From Cyclobacteriaceae bacterium (GTDB lineage Bacteria > Bacteroidota > Bacteroidia > Cytophagales > Cyclobacteriaceae): a DNA stretch of 24,387 bases. How positions within the stretch are numbered: position 1 is the stretch's first letter; each line of letters starts with the position of its first letter. The stretch covers positions 1 to 24,387 of the forward strand of contig JBGSXH010000075.1 in the NCBI GenBank assembly GCA_041751515.1, written 5' to 3'. The notes beneath the pieces were generated by a model. The model made no database searches. It saw only the letters and a list, made by a program, of their open reading frames with translations, and was not told where the DNA came from. The position numbers were made by a program, and so were the translations under genes. Positions 16,044-24,387 of the stretch are shown in pieces.

Positions 16044-17585
16044 ATGGATAAAGAAGCAGCTATAACCCCCGGGCAGATTAAGGCCTGCATTGCCACATTG
16101 GCGCAATTGGCTGAAGACAGTGAACAGCTCGTTCACCTTCCGGAAGAAGACCGGGTAGCTTTATTGAAAGCTGCAGGACAGCTTTCCAGACCGGACCGGG
16201 ATGAATTTCGGAAAAGACAGAAACTTAGCAAAAAAGGCCGTCGTCAGCGCATCGTCAAGCAGGACAAACGAGCTCGCGCAGCAACAGGCATTCGAAGTGC
16301 CAGAACTTCCGCCGTTTTTGTTGCTCCAGCACAACTGTCCTTAAATATGCCAAAAGAAAGTGAGGGAGAAAAGACTCTCAGTTCTCCAAGAAATTGCTAT
16401 GTCTGTAAAGAATCGTATAGCACGCTCCACTTCTTTTATGATACCATGTGTAAAAGCTGCGGTGACTTTAACTATCAGAAGCGCTTTCAAACTGCAGATC
16501 TTAGCGGGCAGGTAGCATTAATCACCGGTTCCCGCTTAAAAATCGGCTACCATGCTTCTTTGATGATGCTGCGTGCGGGTGCTACTGTCATTGCTACCAC
16601 ACGTTTTCCAGTTGATTCTGCCATAAGGTTCTCGAAAGAAAAAGACTTTGGAGCCTGGGGCGATCGCCTTCAGATACACGGTCTGGACCTGCGTCATACG
16701 CCAAGTGTGGAAATTTTTACTAGCTATATCACACAGCATTACGACCGGCTCGATATCCTTATGAACAATGCTGCGCAAACGGTGCGACGTCCACCTGGCT
16801 TTTATGCGCATATGATGGAGAATGAAGCGAAGGAGTTTCATTCTTTGCCTCAAGACGTTCAATCCCTGTTGCATAATCACCATGATTGCACCACACAGCT
16901 AAATGCTTTTGCTGGCAAAAATTTGTCAGAGGAAACTGCGCTGCCGGTTGCCTGGCATGGACAAGGGCCGGGCATTGGGCTTCGTGCATCGGCTAAGCTT
17001 TCTCAAATTCCTTATAGCTATGATAATTCGCTCGAAGCTGCGGAGGTATTCCCTGAGGGCAAGCTGGATGCTGATCTTCAGCAGGTTGACCTGCGCACCA
17101 CCAATAGCTGGAGGCTCAAAATGGGAGAAATTCAAACGCCAGAAATGCTGGAAGTGCAGCTGGTGAATGCTATTGCACCTTTTGTACTTTGCAACCGGTT
17201 GACACCACTCATGCAACGCGACAATACCGGCAAGAAGCATATTGTCAATGTCACGGCAATGGAGGGGAAATTTCACCGATTTAAAAAGGAAGCAAGGCAT
17301 CCGCATACCAATATGGCCAAAGCTGCACTCAACATGATGACGCATACCTCGGCAGCGGAGTTAGCCAAAGACGGTATCTTCATGAATGCCGTAGATACAG
17401 GATGGGTAACGGATGAAGATCCTGCACAGCTTTCTAAATTCAAGGAAGAAGTGCACGACTTTCAGCCACCTTTGGATATTGTAGATGGTGCGGCACGTAT
17501 CTGCGATCCGTTTTTTGACGGGATCAATACCGGCAAGCACTGGTGTGGCAAATTCCTGAAAGATTACTTCCCTATTGACTGGTAA
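16044..17585 (+). CDS. Atypical long SDR-family oxidoreductase with an N-terminal Zn-ribbon
   Basis: Rossmann '[11 protein letters not shown]', '[11 protein letters not shown]', 'IVNVTAMEG', '[11 protein letters not shown]', 'MNAVDTGWV'. The motif C-x2-C-x14-C-x2-C precedes the SDR domain. Confidence 0.85.
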   Translation: MDKEAAITPGQIKACIATLAQLAEDSEQLVHLPEEDRVALLKAAGQLSRPDRDEFRKRQKLSKKGRRQRIVKQDKRARAATGIRSARTSAVFVAPAQLSLNMPKESEGEKTLSSPRNCYVCKESYSTLHFFYDTMCKSCGDFNYQKRFQTADLSGQVALITGSRLKIGYHASLMMLRAGATVIATTRFPVDSAIRFSKEKDFGAWGDRLQIHGLDLRHTPSVEIFTSYITQHYDRLDILMNNAAQTVRRPPGFYAHMMENEAKEFHSLPQDVQSLLHNHHDCTTQLNAFAGKNLSEETALPVAWHGQGPGIGLRASAKLSQIPYSYDNSLEAAEVFPEGKLDADLQQVDLRTTNSWRLKMGEIQTPEMLEVQLVNAIAPFVLCNRLTPLMQRDNTGKKHIVNVTAMEGKFHRFKKEARHPHTNMAKAALNMMTHTSAAELAKDGIFMNAVDTGWVTDEDPAQLSKFKEEVHDFQPPLDIVDGAARICDPFFDGINTGKHWCGKFLKDYFPIDW

Positions 17586-17638
17586 ATCAGGTCAGGAGAG
17601 TATCGTCACTGCCGATGGAAACGAAAATGCTACTCTAC

Positions 17639-18682
17639 TTATAGCCACTTCGAATCCGGCAGTGCCAAGATGAGCTGATGGCCAAAAAGTCCTGCCGGAG
17701 TATAGTACCCTGCATGTTCATGGGTTTTCATCAATTGTTGCGCAATATGGAGTGACATGGCAGCTGTTAAGGCATATCCTCCGGCACATTCCAATCTTGC
17801 TTCTATCTTATCGCCTTGCCTATTGTATACAGCACCCCATACAAGGGACTTAGCTGTTTCGTTTTCTTCGGCCGTAGGACCACTAATATTTTTATCAACA
17901 TACGCTTGAATTTTCTTTTTTACGAAACCTATGCGCAATAGTGGGTTGAAAAGAAATTGCAGCTTCATCATCCTGTAGCTATTTTTGGGAACAGCTGTAT
18001 ACACGCAAATATTTGGGATGCCTGTGGTATGGTGCGCAGTAGACACATCACCCCAGGGAATCGTCATCGCAAAGCGCGGTTTTATCCCAAAATCGATGGT
18101 TTTACCCTGCTTGCCTATAGGCTCTTGAATAATGCTCCCCTCAACTCTTATAGCACCAGGATTCCCCAGGTTTTCAACCATCGTGCTCATGGTACCATGC
18201 GAGACACCTCCTCCAAGGCTTGCAAAAGCCAGTTCCAAATGGCTGGCATCAGGCAACTTCTCTTTCAATATGGCCGCCACACAATCTGTAGGCACCACAT
18301 CGAACCCTACACCCGGCATTAGCACTATTTGCTTTGCTTTCGCCTGAGCATTGTAAGTTTTTATCATTTCAAAAACAGCCAGCTCTCCCGTAATATCCAG
18401 GTAATGAACACCTGCCTCCAGACACGCTTCTACCATTGGCTTTGCCGTTTTACTAAAAGGTCCGGCACAATGCAACACCAATGATACATCTTTCAGCTTT
18501 TCTACAACACTATCATGAACCTCCAGGCCAAATACCCGGTACTCCAGTGTATAGTCCTGCGCCATTCGCTTTATTTTCTCCGGAGATCTTCCTGCAATAA
18601 TGGGCTTTAGACCTAGTGCTATCGCACTTTTGACAATCAGCTTTCCGGTATAGCCATTGGCACCGTATATTAGTAAAGACAT
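17639..18682 (-). CDS. Saccharopine dehydrogenase-like NAD(P)-binding oxidoreductase (trans-acting enoyl reductase family)
   Basis: 'LIYGANGYTGKL', 'IAGRS', 'VLHCAGPF..TAKPMVEAC...GVHYLDITGE', 'GVGFDVVPTDC'. Confidence 0.88.
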   Translation of the reverse strand: MSLLIYGANGYTGKLIVKSAIALGLKPIIAGRSPEKIKRMAQDYTLEYRVFGLEVHDSVVEKLKDVSLVLHCAGPFSKTAKPMVEACLEAGVHYLDITGELAVFEMIKTYNAQAKAKQIVLMPGVGFDVVPTDCVAAILKEKLPDASHLELAFASLGGGVSHGTMSTMVENLGNPGAIRVEGSIIQEPIGKQGKTIDFGIKPRFAMTIPWGDVSTAHHTTGIPNICVYTAVPKNSYRMMKLQFLFNPLLRIGFVKKKIQAYVDKNISGPTAEENETAKSLVWGAVYNRQGDKIEARLECAGGYALTAAMSLHIAQQLMKTHEHAGYYTPAGLFGHQLILALPDSKWL

Positions 18683-18962
18683 GATGATTTTTTAATTTTC
18701 TCGCTTAATGCACTGTAATGATACTGAAAATGAACACTTATGCAGCAGTAACTCATAGTTTATTACGACGATAAATTTGTTACGATGGTTCCCGCCTATC
18801 CCTCCGTCGTTATCAGGCTTTAAATATCATAATTAAGTATTGCATAGTTGAAAACTATATACTTTATTGATGGAAGTATTAATATATTATCATCGATATA
18901 ATTACTTTAGGAAAGATGTAATAAAGCACCTTTTCTAAAGCGAAAACAAGCTTACTTGCAAC

Positions 18963-19982
18963 ATGGGGAAAGACAATTATTCCTATAATATTTTAGTTAT
19001 TGAAGATAATCCCAGTGATTATTTTCTTATACAGGAATATCTCGAAGAGCAAATGGACTTGCCTTTGTTAGAGCATGTTCAAACTTATAGAGCTGCCGTT
19101 AAAGCTTTATCTGCCCACGGAGGACTATACGATGCAATTTTGCTGGATCTCTCGCTTCCTGATGCCAATGGCGAGGAGCTTATTCAAAACATCCTTGAAT
19201 TCACCGGAAAAATTCCTGTCATCGTTTTAACAGGCCATACCGACCTGCGCTATGCTGTCAGCTCTTTGGCGCGTGGGCTGGCGGACTATATTCTGAAAGA
19301 AGACTTAAATTCAACAATGCTTTACAAAAGCATCATTTACAATATTGAGCGATACAAATACATTGAAACCATTCAGGATTCAAAAAAGCGCTATAGCGAT
19401 CTGTTCCACGTTTGCCCGATCCCTATGTGGGTGCTTGATCTGGCAACTTTAAGCTTTCTCGATGTCAATGAGGCGGCTATTCGAAATTACGGCTTTTCAA
19501 AAGAGGAGTTTATGAACATGTCTATTCTTGACCTGCATCCGGAAGACAGCATTGGTGATATTGAACGAATATTAAAATTGTCTGCTGGAAATGAGAATTT
19601 CTATTTTCAGGGCTTGTTCAAGCAGCGCAAAAGAAATATGGAGGAGATTTTTGTAGACATCAGGAGCAATATGTTGTCATCAAACGATAAATCTGCCATC
19701 ATACTTTCCAACGACGTTACTGACAGGATTCAGCATACGATTACCATTGAGCAGCAAAATGAGAAGCTTAAGGAAATTGCATGGCTGCAGTCACATGTGG
19801 TACGAGCGCCGTTGGCCCGAATGATGGGCCTCATCAACCTGATCTTAGATGCAGACCTAAGTAAAGAAGAGCAAAAACAGTATTTACTTTACACTTTAAA
19901 TGCTGCCAACGAACTCGATGACATTGTCAAAGATGTCGTAAATAAATCGCAGGAAATAAAACTAAACCGACCCACGCAATGA
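18963..19982 (+). CDS. REC-PAS-HisKA(DHp) signalling protein lacking a HATPase domain
   Basis: REC 'ILVIEDN...ILLDLSLPD..G...VIVLTG...YILK'; PAS 'PMWVLDLATLSFLDVNEAAIRNYGFSKEEF..MSILDLHP'; H-box 'QSHVVRAPLARMMGL'. The protein ends 61 residues after the His. Confidence 0.85.
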   Translation: MGKDNYSYNILVIEDNPSDYFLIQEYLEEQMDLPLLEHVQTYRAAVKALSAHGGLYDAILLDLSLPDANGEELIQNILEFTGKIPVIVLTGHTDLRYAVSSLARGLADYILKEDLNSTMLYKSIIYNIERYKYIETIQDSKKRYSDLFHVCPIPMWVLDLATLSFLDVNEAAIRNYGFSKEEFMNMSILDLHPEDSIGDIERILKLSAGNENFYFQGLFKQRKRNMEEIFVDIRSNMLSSNDKSAIILSNDVTDRIQHTITIEQQNEKLKEIAWLQSHVVRAPLARMMGLINLILDADLSKEEQKQYLLYTLNAANELDDIVKDVVNKSQEIKLNRPTQ

Positions 19983-20386
19983 GCCTCAACGTACTTTTGG
20001 TTGATGATGACGAAATTTTTATTTTGCTATCAAAAAAAATAATGGCCAGGTCGGATTTCCACCAAAGTCCATTAAGTTTTGAAAATGGCCAAGTGGCATT
20101 GCAATATTTTGAGGAGCATTATAGCTCCGAGGATAGCCATGCCATTTTTCTGGATATCAATATGCCTGTCCTGAACGGTTGGGAGTTCTTAAATGAGATC
20201 AAACGTTTTGCAAATCCAAAAAACACTTTTGTGATAATGGTATCCTCTTCTACAGACCAATCCGATATCGACAAAGCCTCAAGCAATGCATTTGTCATTC
20301 AGTTTTTGTCTAAACCATTAATGCCAGATCAGTTTATGTTGCTGAAAAAATTACCTCAATTCAGCCAATTTTATCCAGCAATATAG
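19979..20386 (+). CDS. Single-domain CheY-like response regulator
   Basis: 'VLLVDDD', phosphoacceptor 'IFLDINMPVLNGWEFL', 'MVSSS', 'FLSKPL'. It has an ATGA overlap with the upstream gene. Confidence 0.93.
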   Translation: MSLNVLLVDDDEIFILLSKKIMARSDFHQSPLSFENGQVALQYFEEHYSSEDSHAIFLDINMPVLNGWEFLNEIKRFANPKNTFVIMVSSSTDQSDIDKASSNAFVIQFLSKPLMPDQFMLLKKLPQFSQFYPAI

Positions 20387-20722
20387 GCGCTTTTTATCCA
20401 AGCGCATAGGTTAATCCTCAAAGCTCTTTGTTGATTTGTTCTAATAAACTATCCGAAATCCACTGGCAGAACAGTTCGTATAAAAGCGCCAATGAAGCAA
20501 AAAGCTTTTTCGAGAATACAGCCTTATCCTTTGTTGCTATCGAAATTGTGGTAACTATAATAACGAATAAGCACTCTCTCCTTTCCACAATATTGAAGCT
20601 GCCAGCGCTTTTACTTGTCGATCATTTACTTGTAAGCTTTACAACAACGAAAAAGACAAAACCTTTTCACCTTCAATCTGTTTAATTTTAAAACCGATAA
20701 ATTAAACATAAATAGATGTAGT

Positions 20723-22381
20723 ATGAAAAGAGTTCTCACTTACCTCATTATTCCCCTCATGGCAGGCTTCCTGGCTTGTTCAGATGACGACGACACCATG
20801 ATTACCCCGGTTCCGGATGAAGATGTCGATGAAACACCGGCTTCCATCGTAGAAATTGCACAGGACACAGAAAACTTAAGTACCTTAGTTCAGGCTTTGC
20901 AAACAGCAGATCTTGTGGATGCCCTTTCCGGTCCTGGGCCATTTACTGTGCTAGCGCCAGTGAACAGCGCTTTCCAGGCATTATTAGACTCAAACGAAGC
21001 ATGGAACAATCTGGAAGATATTGATGAAGACTTGTTAAGACAGGTTTTGCTCTATCACGTAGCAGAAGGCACTGTGAATAGTGCTGACCTCAGCGAAGGG
21101 GATGAGCTCACCATGCTCAGCGGTGCTATTGTGACGGTAACTTCCGTTTCCCAAACCATCACTTTTAACAATAGTGCCAATGTTTTGGAAGGCGACATTG
21201 CTGCATCCAATGGCGTAATTCACATTATTGATGCTGTTTTAGTGCCTGAAATGGGCGATGCCAGTACATTAACCCTGACAGATCACCCTGAACTTGGCAC
21301 TGTATTTACGGATGGACAGGGCAATACCTTATACTACTTCTCCAATGATGTAGGTGGCGAAAATAATTGCAGTGGAGGTTGTGCAGATAACTGGCCGATC
21401 TACTATGCTGAAGATATAGACATAGACAACCCTAGTTTTGACGTTGATCTCATTGGCGAGATTGAAGTGGATGGTAATATGCAGACAACCTATAATGGAT
21501 GGCCGCTATACTACTTTGCCAATGATGCCGCTCCGGGAGATGCTAATGGCGATGGTGCCAATAGCGTATGGTACGCCGCTATGCCTGACTACTCCATTAT
21601 GGTAGCCAATGAGCAACTTGTGGGTGCGGATGGCGAAAATTATATCATAGAAGAAGGTGATTACATAATTGGTGAAGGCAGAACCCAATATTTTGTCGAT
21701 TTCAACACAGGCAGAACGCTATACGCTTTTGCCAATGATGAAGCTAATCAAAGCAATTATGGTGGCAATCCGGAAAACTGGCCATTGTATACCACCGAAG
21801 CAATGACTTTACCATCAACTATCAGCACGGACGACTTCAACGCGATAGATAATGATCAGGTAACTTTTAGGGCTAACCCAATTTACTTCTTCGGACAAGA
21901 CATGGACCGCGGAGATACACGTGGGGTAAGTGTACCGCAACCAGGCATCTGGCAAATTATTAATAGCAATACTGAATCGCTCAATGGTGTGGATGACGCG
22001 GCTACAGTCACCATTACCTTGGGCAATGCCGGAGCTTCGGCATATACGATTGCCAACATAGAAGGCGCTGATATGGCAGATGTTGTTTCTGGCGATCCCG
22101 ATGAAAATCCGACCTTAAATTTAACAGAAGGTGTTCGCTATATTTTTATAGTGAATAATATGGGACCGCATCCGCTGGACTTCAGGAATGCTGAAAATGA
22201 GATACTACTTTCTTTTAATGATGCTGAAGGAAGTTTTGAAGGCGATAGCGCGGTAGATTTCCAAAAAGATAGTGACAATTCCCTCAGTTTCACACTGACA
22301 TCGGAACTTGCCGCTGTCATCAGTGAATATGCCTGCACAGTACATGCTGGCAGTATGCGAGGAACAATTGCCGTTAATTAA
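20723..22381 (+). CDS. Lipoprotein with a fasciclin (FAS1) domain, four Lipoprotein_15/COG4315-type repeats and a C-terminal cupredoxin-like domain
   Basis: Lipobox FLA-C19 followed by SDDDD; FAS1 'TLVQAL..ADL...L.G.GPFTVLAP.NSAF', 'VLLYHV', 'ASNGVIHIIDAVL'; four Y-x-[FYW]-x-x-D repeats ending in W; terminal 'GPHPL...YACTVHAGSMRGTI'. Confidence 0.85.
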   Translation: MKRVLTYLIIPLMAGFLACSDDDDTMITPVPDEDVDETPASIVEIAQDTENLSTLVQALQTADLVDALSGPGPFTVLAPVNSAFQALLDSNEAWNNLEDIDEDLLRQVLLYHVAEGTVNSADLSEGDELTMLSGAIVTVTSVSQTITFNNSANVLEGDIAASNGVIHIIDAVLVPEMGDASTLTLTDHPELGTVFTDGQGNTLYYFSNDVGGENNCSGGCADNWPIYYAEDIDIDNPSFDVDLIGEIEVDGNMQTTYNGWPLYYFANDAAPGDANGDGANSVWYAAMPDYSIMVANEQLVGADGENYIIEEGDYIIGEGRTQYFVDFNTGRTLYAFANDEANQSNYGGNPENWPLYTTEAMTLPSTISTDDFNAIDNDQVTFRANPIYFFGQDMDRGDTRGVSVPQPGIWQIINSNTESLNGVDDAATVTITLGNAGASAYTIANIEGADMADVVSGDPDENPTLNLTEGVRYIFIVNNMGPHPLDFRNAENEILLSFNDAEGSFEGDSAVDFQKDSDNSLSFTLTSELAAVISEYACTVHAGSMRGTIAVN

Positions 22382-22405
22382 TATACTCCCAGTTCAATTT
22401 GATTT

Positions 22406-22438
22406 AAAGGTAAGGCCCGACAGCCTTGCCTTTTTTTT
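22406..22438 (+). terminator. Intrinsic terminator after the fasciclin lipoprotein gene
   Basis: AAGGTAAGGC-ccgaca-GCCTTGCCTT (10-bp stem with one G-U pair) running into a T-tract, about 25 nt after the stop. Confidence 0.85.
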
Positions 22439-22682
22439 ATGGGAGAAAGCGAAAAATACCATACTGGTCTCTTGTCTGTATTTTTTGTATTTTTACTTCA
22501 ATTGATCAAAATTTTAAAGTACCGACTATCAAATAACTTACCCTTCATCCAATGCAACTGAGTGCTGCAGACGCCTTTCACACCAGGACTTTTTAAGGTG
22601 CGTAGCGTTTTAATAATCTATTATTTGTAATTGCAGGTACTTTTCTCCAACTTCTTTACTCATATTCAAATCAGTAAAACCT

Positions 22683-23735
22683 ATGAATACAATAAAAGGA
22701 CCTGCCATATTTTTAGCCCAGTTTATGGACGACAAGGCGCCATTTAACAATTTGAACGATATTGCCGACTGGGTAGCTCAATTGGGTTATAAAGGAGTGC
22801 AGCTTCCCACCTGGGACTCCCGCTGTATAGACCTGGCAAAAGCCGCAGACTCCAAGACCTATTGCGATGAAATTAAAGGCAGTTTGAAAGAAAAGGGCCT
22901 TATTGTTACTGAGCTTTCCACCCACTTACAGGGTCAGCTCGTAGCAGTGAACCCTGCCTATGATACAGGATTCGACGGTTTCGCACCTGAAAAAGTCAAA
23001 AATGACCCTGCTGCACGGACCGAATGGGCCAATCAGCAGATGATGCTGGCAGCCAAAGCCTCAGCCAATTTTGGCCTGACTGGTCATGCTACTTTTTCAG
23101 GGGCTTTACTATGGCATACCATGTATCCATGGCCTCAGAGACCCGCTGGGCTGGTCGGTATGGGTTTTGAGGAGTTAGCCAAAAGATGGCTGCCCATTCT
23201 CAATGCCTTCGATGAAGCTGGCGTGGACGTTTGTTATGAACTGCATCCGGGGGAAGACCTGCATGATGGCATTACCTTTGAAATGTTCCTGGAGAAAGTG
23301 GACAATCATCCTCGAGCAAACATTCTGTACGACCCATCTCATTTTGTACTGCAATGCCTTGACTATAAGCAATTCATCGATTTTTACCATGAGCGCATTA
23401 AGATGTTCCACGTCAAAGATGCCGAGTTCAATCCTTCCGGAAAACAGGGCGTCTATGGCGGCTACCAAAGCTGGATCGATCGCGCGGGCAGGTTCAGAAG
23501 TCTTGGTGATGGTCAGGTAGACTTCAAAGCAATCTTCAGTAAACTGACACAATATGGTTTCGATGGCTGGGCAGTACTGGAGTGGGAATGCTGCATCAAA
23601 GACCCGGTGCAGGGTGCTACCGAAGGCGCTCCTTTTATTCAGCAGCATATCATTGAGGCCACCCAAAAAGCATTTGATGACTTTGCCGGAGGTGGCGTAG
23701 ATGAAGCGACGAACAGGAAAATATTGGGGCTATAA
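22683..23735 (+). CDS. Sugar phosphate isomerase/epimerase (xylose isomerase-like / AP_endonuc_2 TIM barrel)
   Basis: Metal-ligand motifs 'YELHPGED', 'LYDPSH', 'FHVKDAE' and 'VLEWECC', plus the family N-terminus 'IKGPAIFLAQF'. Confidence 0.9.
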   Translation: MNTIKGPAIFLAQFMDDKAPFNNLNDIADWVAQLGYKGVQLPTWDSRCIDLAKAADSKTYCDEIKGSLKEKGLIVTELSTHLQGQLVAVNPAYDTGFDGFAPEKVKNDPAARTEWANQQMMLAAKASANFGLTGHATFSGALLWHTMYPWPQRPAGLVGMGFEELAKRWLPILNAFDEAGVDVCYELHPGEDLHDGITFEMFLEKVDNHPRANILYDPSHFVLQCLDYKQFIDFYHERIKMFHVKDAEFNPSGKQGVYGGYQSWIDRAGRFRSLGDGQVDFKAIFSKLTQYGFDGWAVLEWECCIKDPVQGATEGAPFIQQHIIEATQKAFDDFAGGGVDEATNRKILGL

Positions 23736-23831
23736 AAAGCTCAGTCATCAAAAGAACATTAAAAACAGGCTGTTGTCATTCAAAACAAATTGGACGATAA
23801 ACAAAAGCCCTCATCAACACTTTATCATTTC

Positions 23832-24387
23832 ATGGAATACAGACAATTAGGCGCATCAGGGATACAGGTACCGGTTTTAAGTTTTGGCACTGCAACATTC
23901 GGGGGAGGTAACGAATTTTTTAAGGCCTGGGGGAGCACTCAGGTAGAAGAAGCAAGGCGAATGGTCGACTTATGCCTCGATGCCGGGGTAAATATGTTCG
24001 ATACAGCCGACATGTATTCCGATGGGATGGCAGAAGAAATCCTGGGAAAAGCCCTGGAGGGCTATCGCGATAAAGTATTGATTTCTACTAAAGGCACTTT
24101 CCCTTTTGGCGAAGCCCCAAATAACCAGGGCTCATCCCGGCATCATCTCACAAAACAGGTAGAAGGAAGCCTTAAAAGGTTAAAAACCGATTATATTGAC
24201 ATTTACCACATGCACGGTTTTGACGGCAACACCCCTGTAGAAGAGACCCTGCGCACATTAGATGACCTGGTGCAAAGCGGAAAAATACGCTACCTTGCTG
24301 CCAGCAATTTCTCCGGCTGGCACCTGATGAAATCATTAGCCATTTCTGAGAAATACGGATGGAACCGCTATGTGGGGCATCAGGTGT
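23832..24387 (+). CDS. Aldo/keto reductase (partial, runs off the 3' end of the window; absent from the ORF track)
   Basis: Manual translation from ATG 23832: MEYRQLGASGIQVPVLSFGTATFGG...FDTADMYSDG.AEEILGKAL...VLISTKG...SLKRLKTDYIDIYHMH... The AKR catalytic Asp/Tyr/Lys/His residues are present, and there is no stop before the window end. Confidence 0.93.
   Translation, partial: MEYRQLGASGIQVPVLSFGTATFGGGNEFFKAWGSTQVEEARRMVDLCLDAGVNMFDTADMYSDGMAEEILGKALEGYRDKVLISTKGTFPFGEAPNNQGSSRHHLTKQVEGSLKRLKTDYIDIYHMHGFDGNTPVEETLRTLDDLVQSGKIRYLAASNFSGWHLMKSLAISEKYGWNRYVGHQV

Noticed and set aside
20428-20685. 85-aa intergenic ORF between the response regulator and the fasciclin gene
   Set aside because: TTG start, low-information composition and no domain features; more likely promoter/UTR sequence.
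20692-20720. AACCGATA upstream of the fasciclin gene, resembling the ECF -35 block
   Set aside because: It lacks the TGC prefix and has no TGTC at the 13-nt spacing; the nearest TGTA is 4 nt too far and abuts the start codon.
183-23666. Many overlapping or antisense ORFs in the track (for example 331-627, 1123-1362, 2677-3123, 9563-9856, 16926-17345, 23175-23666)
   Set aside because: They are shadows of well-supported genes on another frame or strand and have no motifs of their own.
1-24387. CRISPR arrays, tRNA/rRNA, IS or integrase genes, defence systems
   Set aside because: I saw no regularly spaced repeats, cloverleaf or rRNA signatures, transposase/integrase motifs or nuclease/NTPase defence genes while reading the window.

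Overview
Chromosomal, mostly accessory-metabolism window from a Bacteroidota genome, probably Cytophagales-like. This is inferred from a T9SS C-terminal domain, DUF2279/DUF6249-type genes, an acidic lipoprotein export signal and a TAnnTTTG promoter box. It holds about 22 CDSs: a truncated T9SS-cargo ORF, a PiT-family anion transporter, a GH26 mannanase, a DUF2279 protein, a cyanobacterial/arsenosugar-type arsenite methyltransferase (arsM), a divergent DUF6249 / ECF sigma / anti-sigma module, a di-haem cytochrome c, a glpD-glpK-glpF operon with a divergent DeoR/GlpR regulator, GT4 and GT2 glycosyltransferases, an atypical Zn-ribbon SDR, a saccharopine-dehydrogenase-like oxidoreductase, a REC-PAS-HisKA protein plus a single-domain response regulator, a fasciclin / Lipoprotein_15 / cupredoxin fusion lipoprotein, a xylose-isomerase-like TIM barrel and a partial aldo-keto reductase that the ORF track missed. 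I saw no rRNA, tRNA, CRISPR array or mobile element. The most notable signals are: (1) a shared dyad motif upstream of both arsM and the Cys-loop PiT gene, suggesting a small arsenic/oxyanion regulon with no arsS in view; (2) two back-to-back ECF promoters with an identical 15-bp -35 block; (3) the fasciclin / Lipoprotein_15 / blue-copper surface lipoprotein; (4) a GC-rich structured leader or sRNA candidate upstream of arsM. All family calls come from motif recognition by eye; no database search was run.
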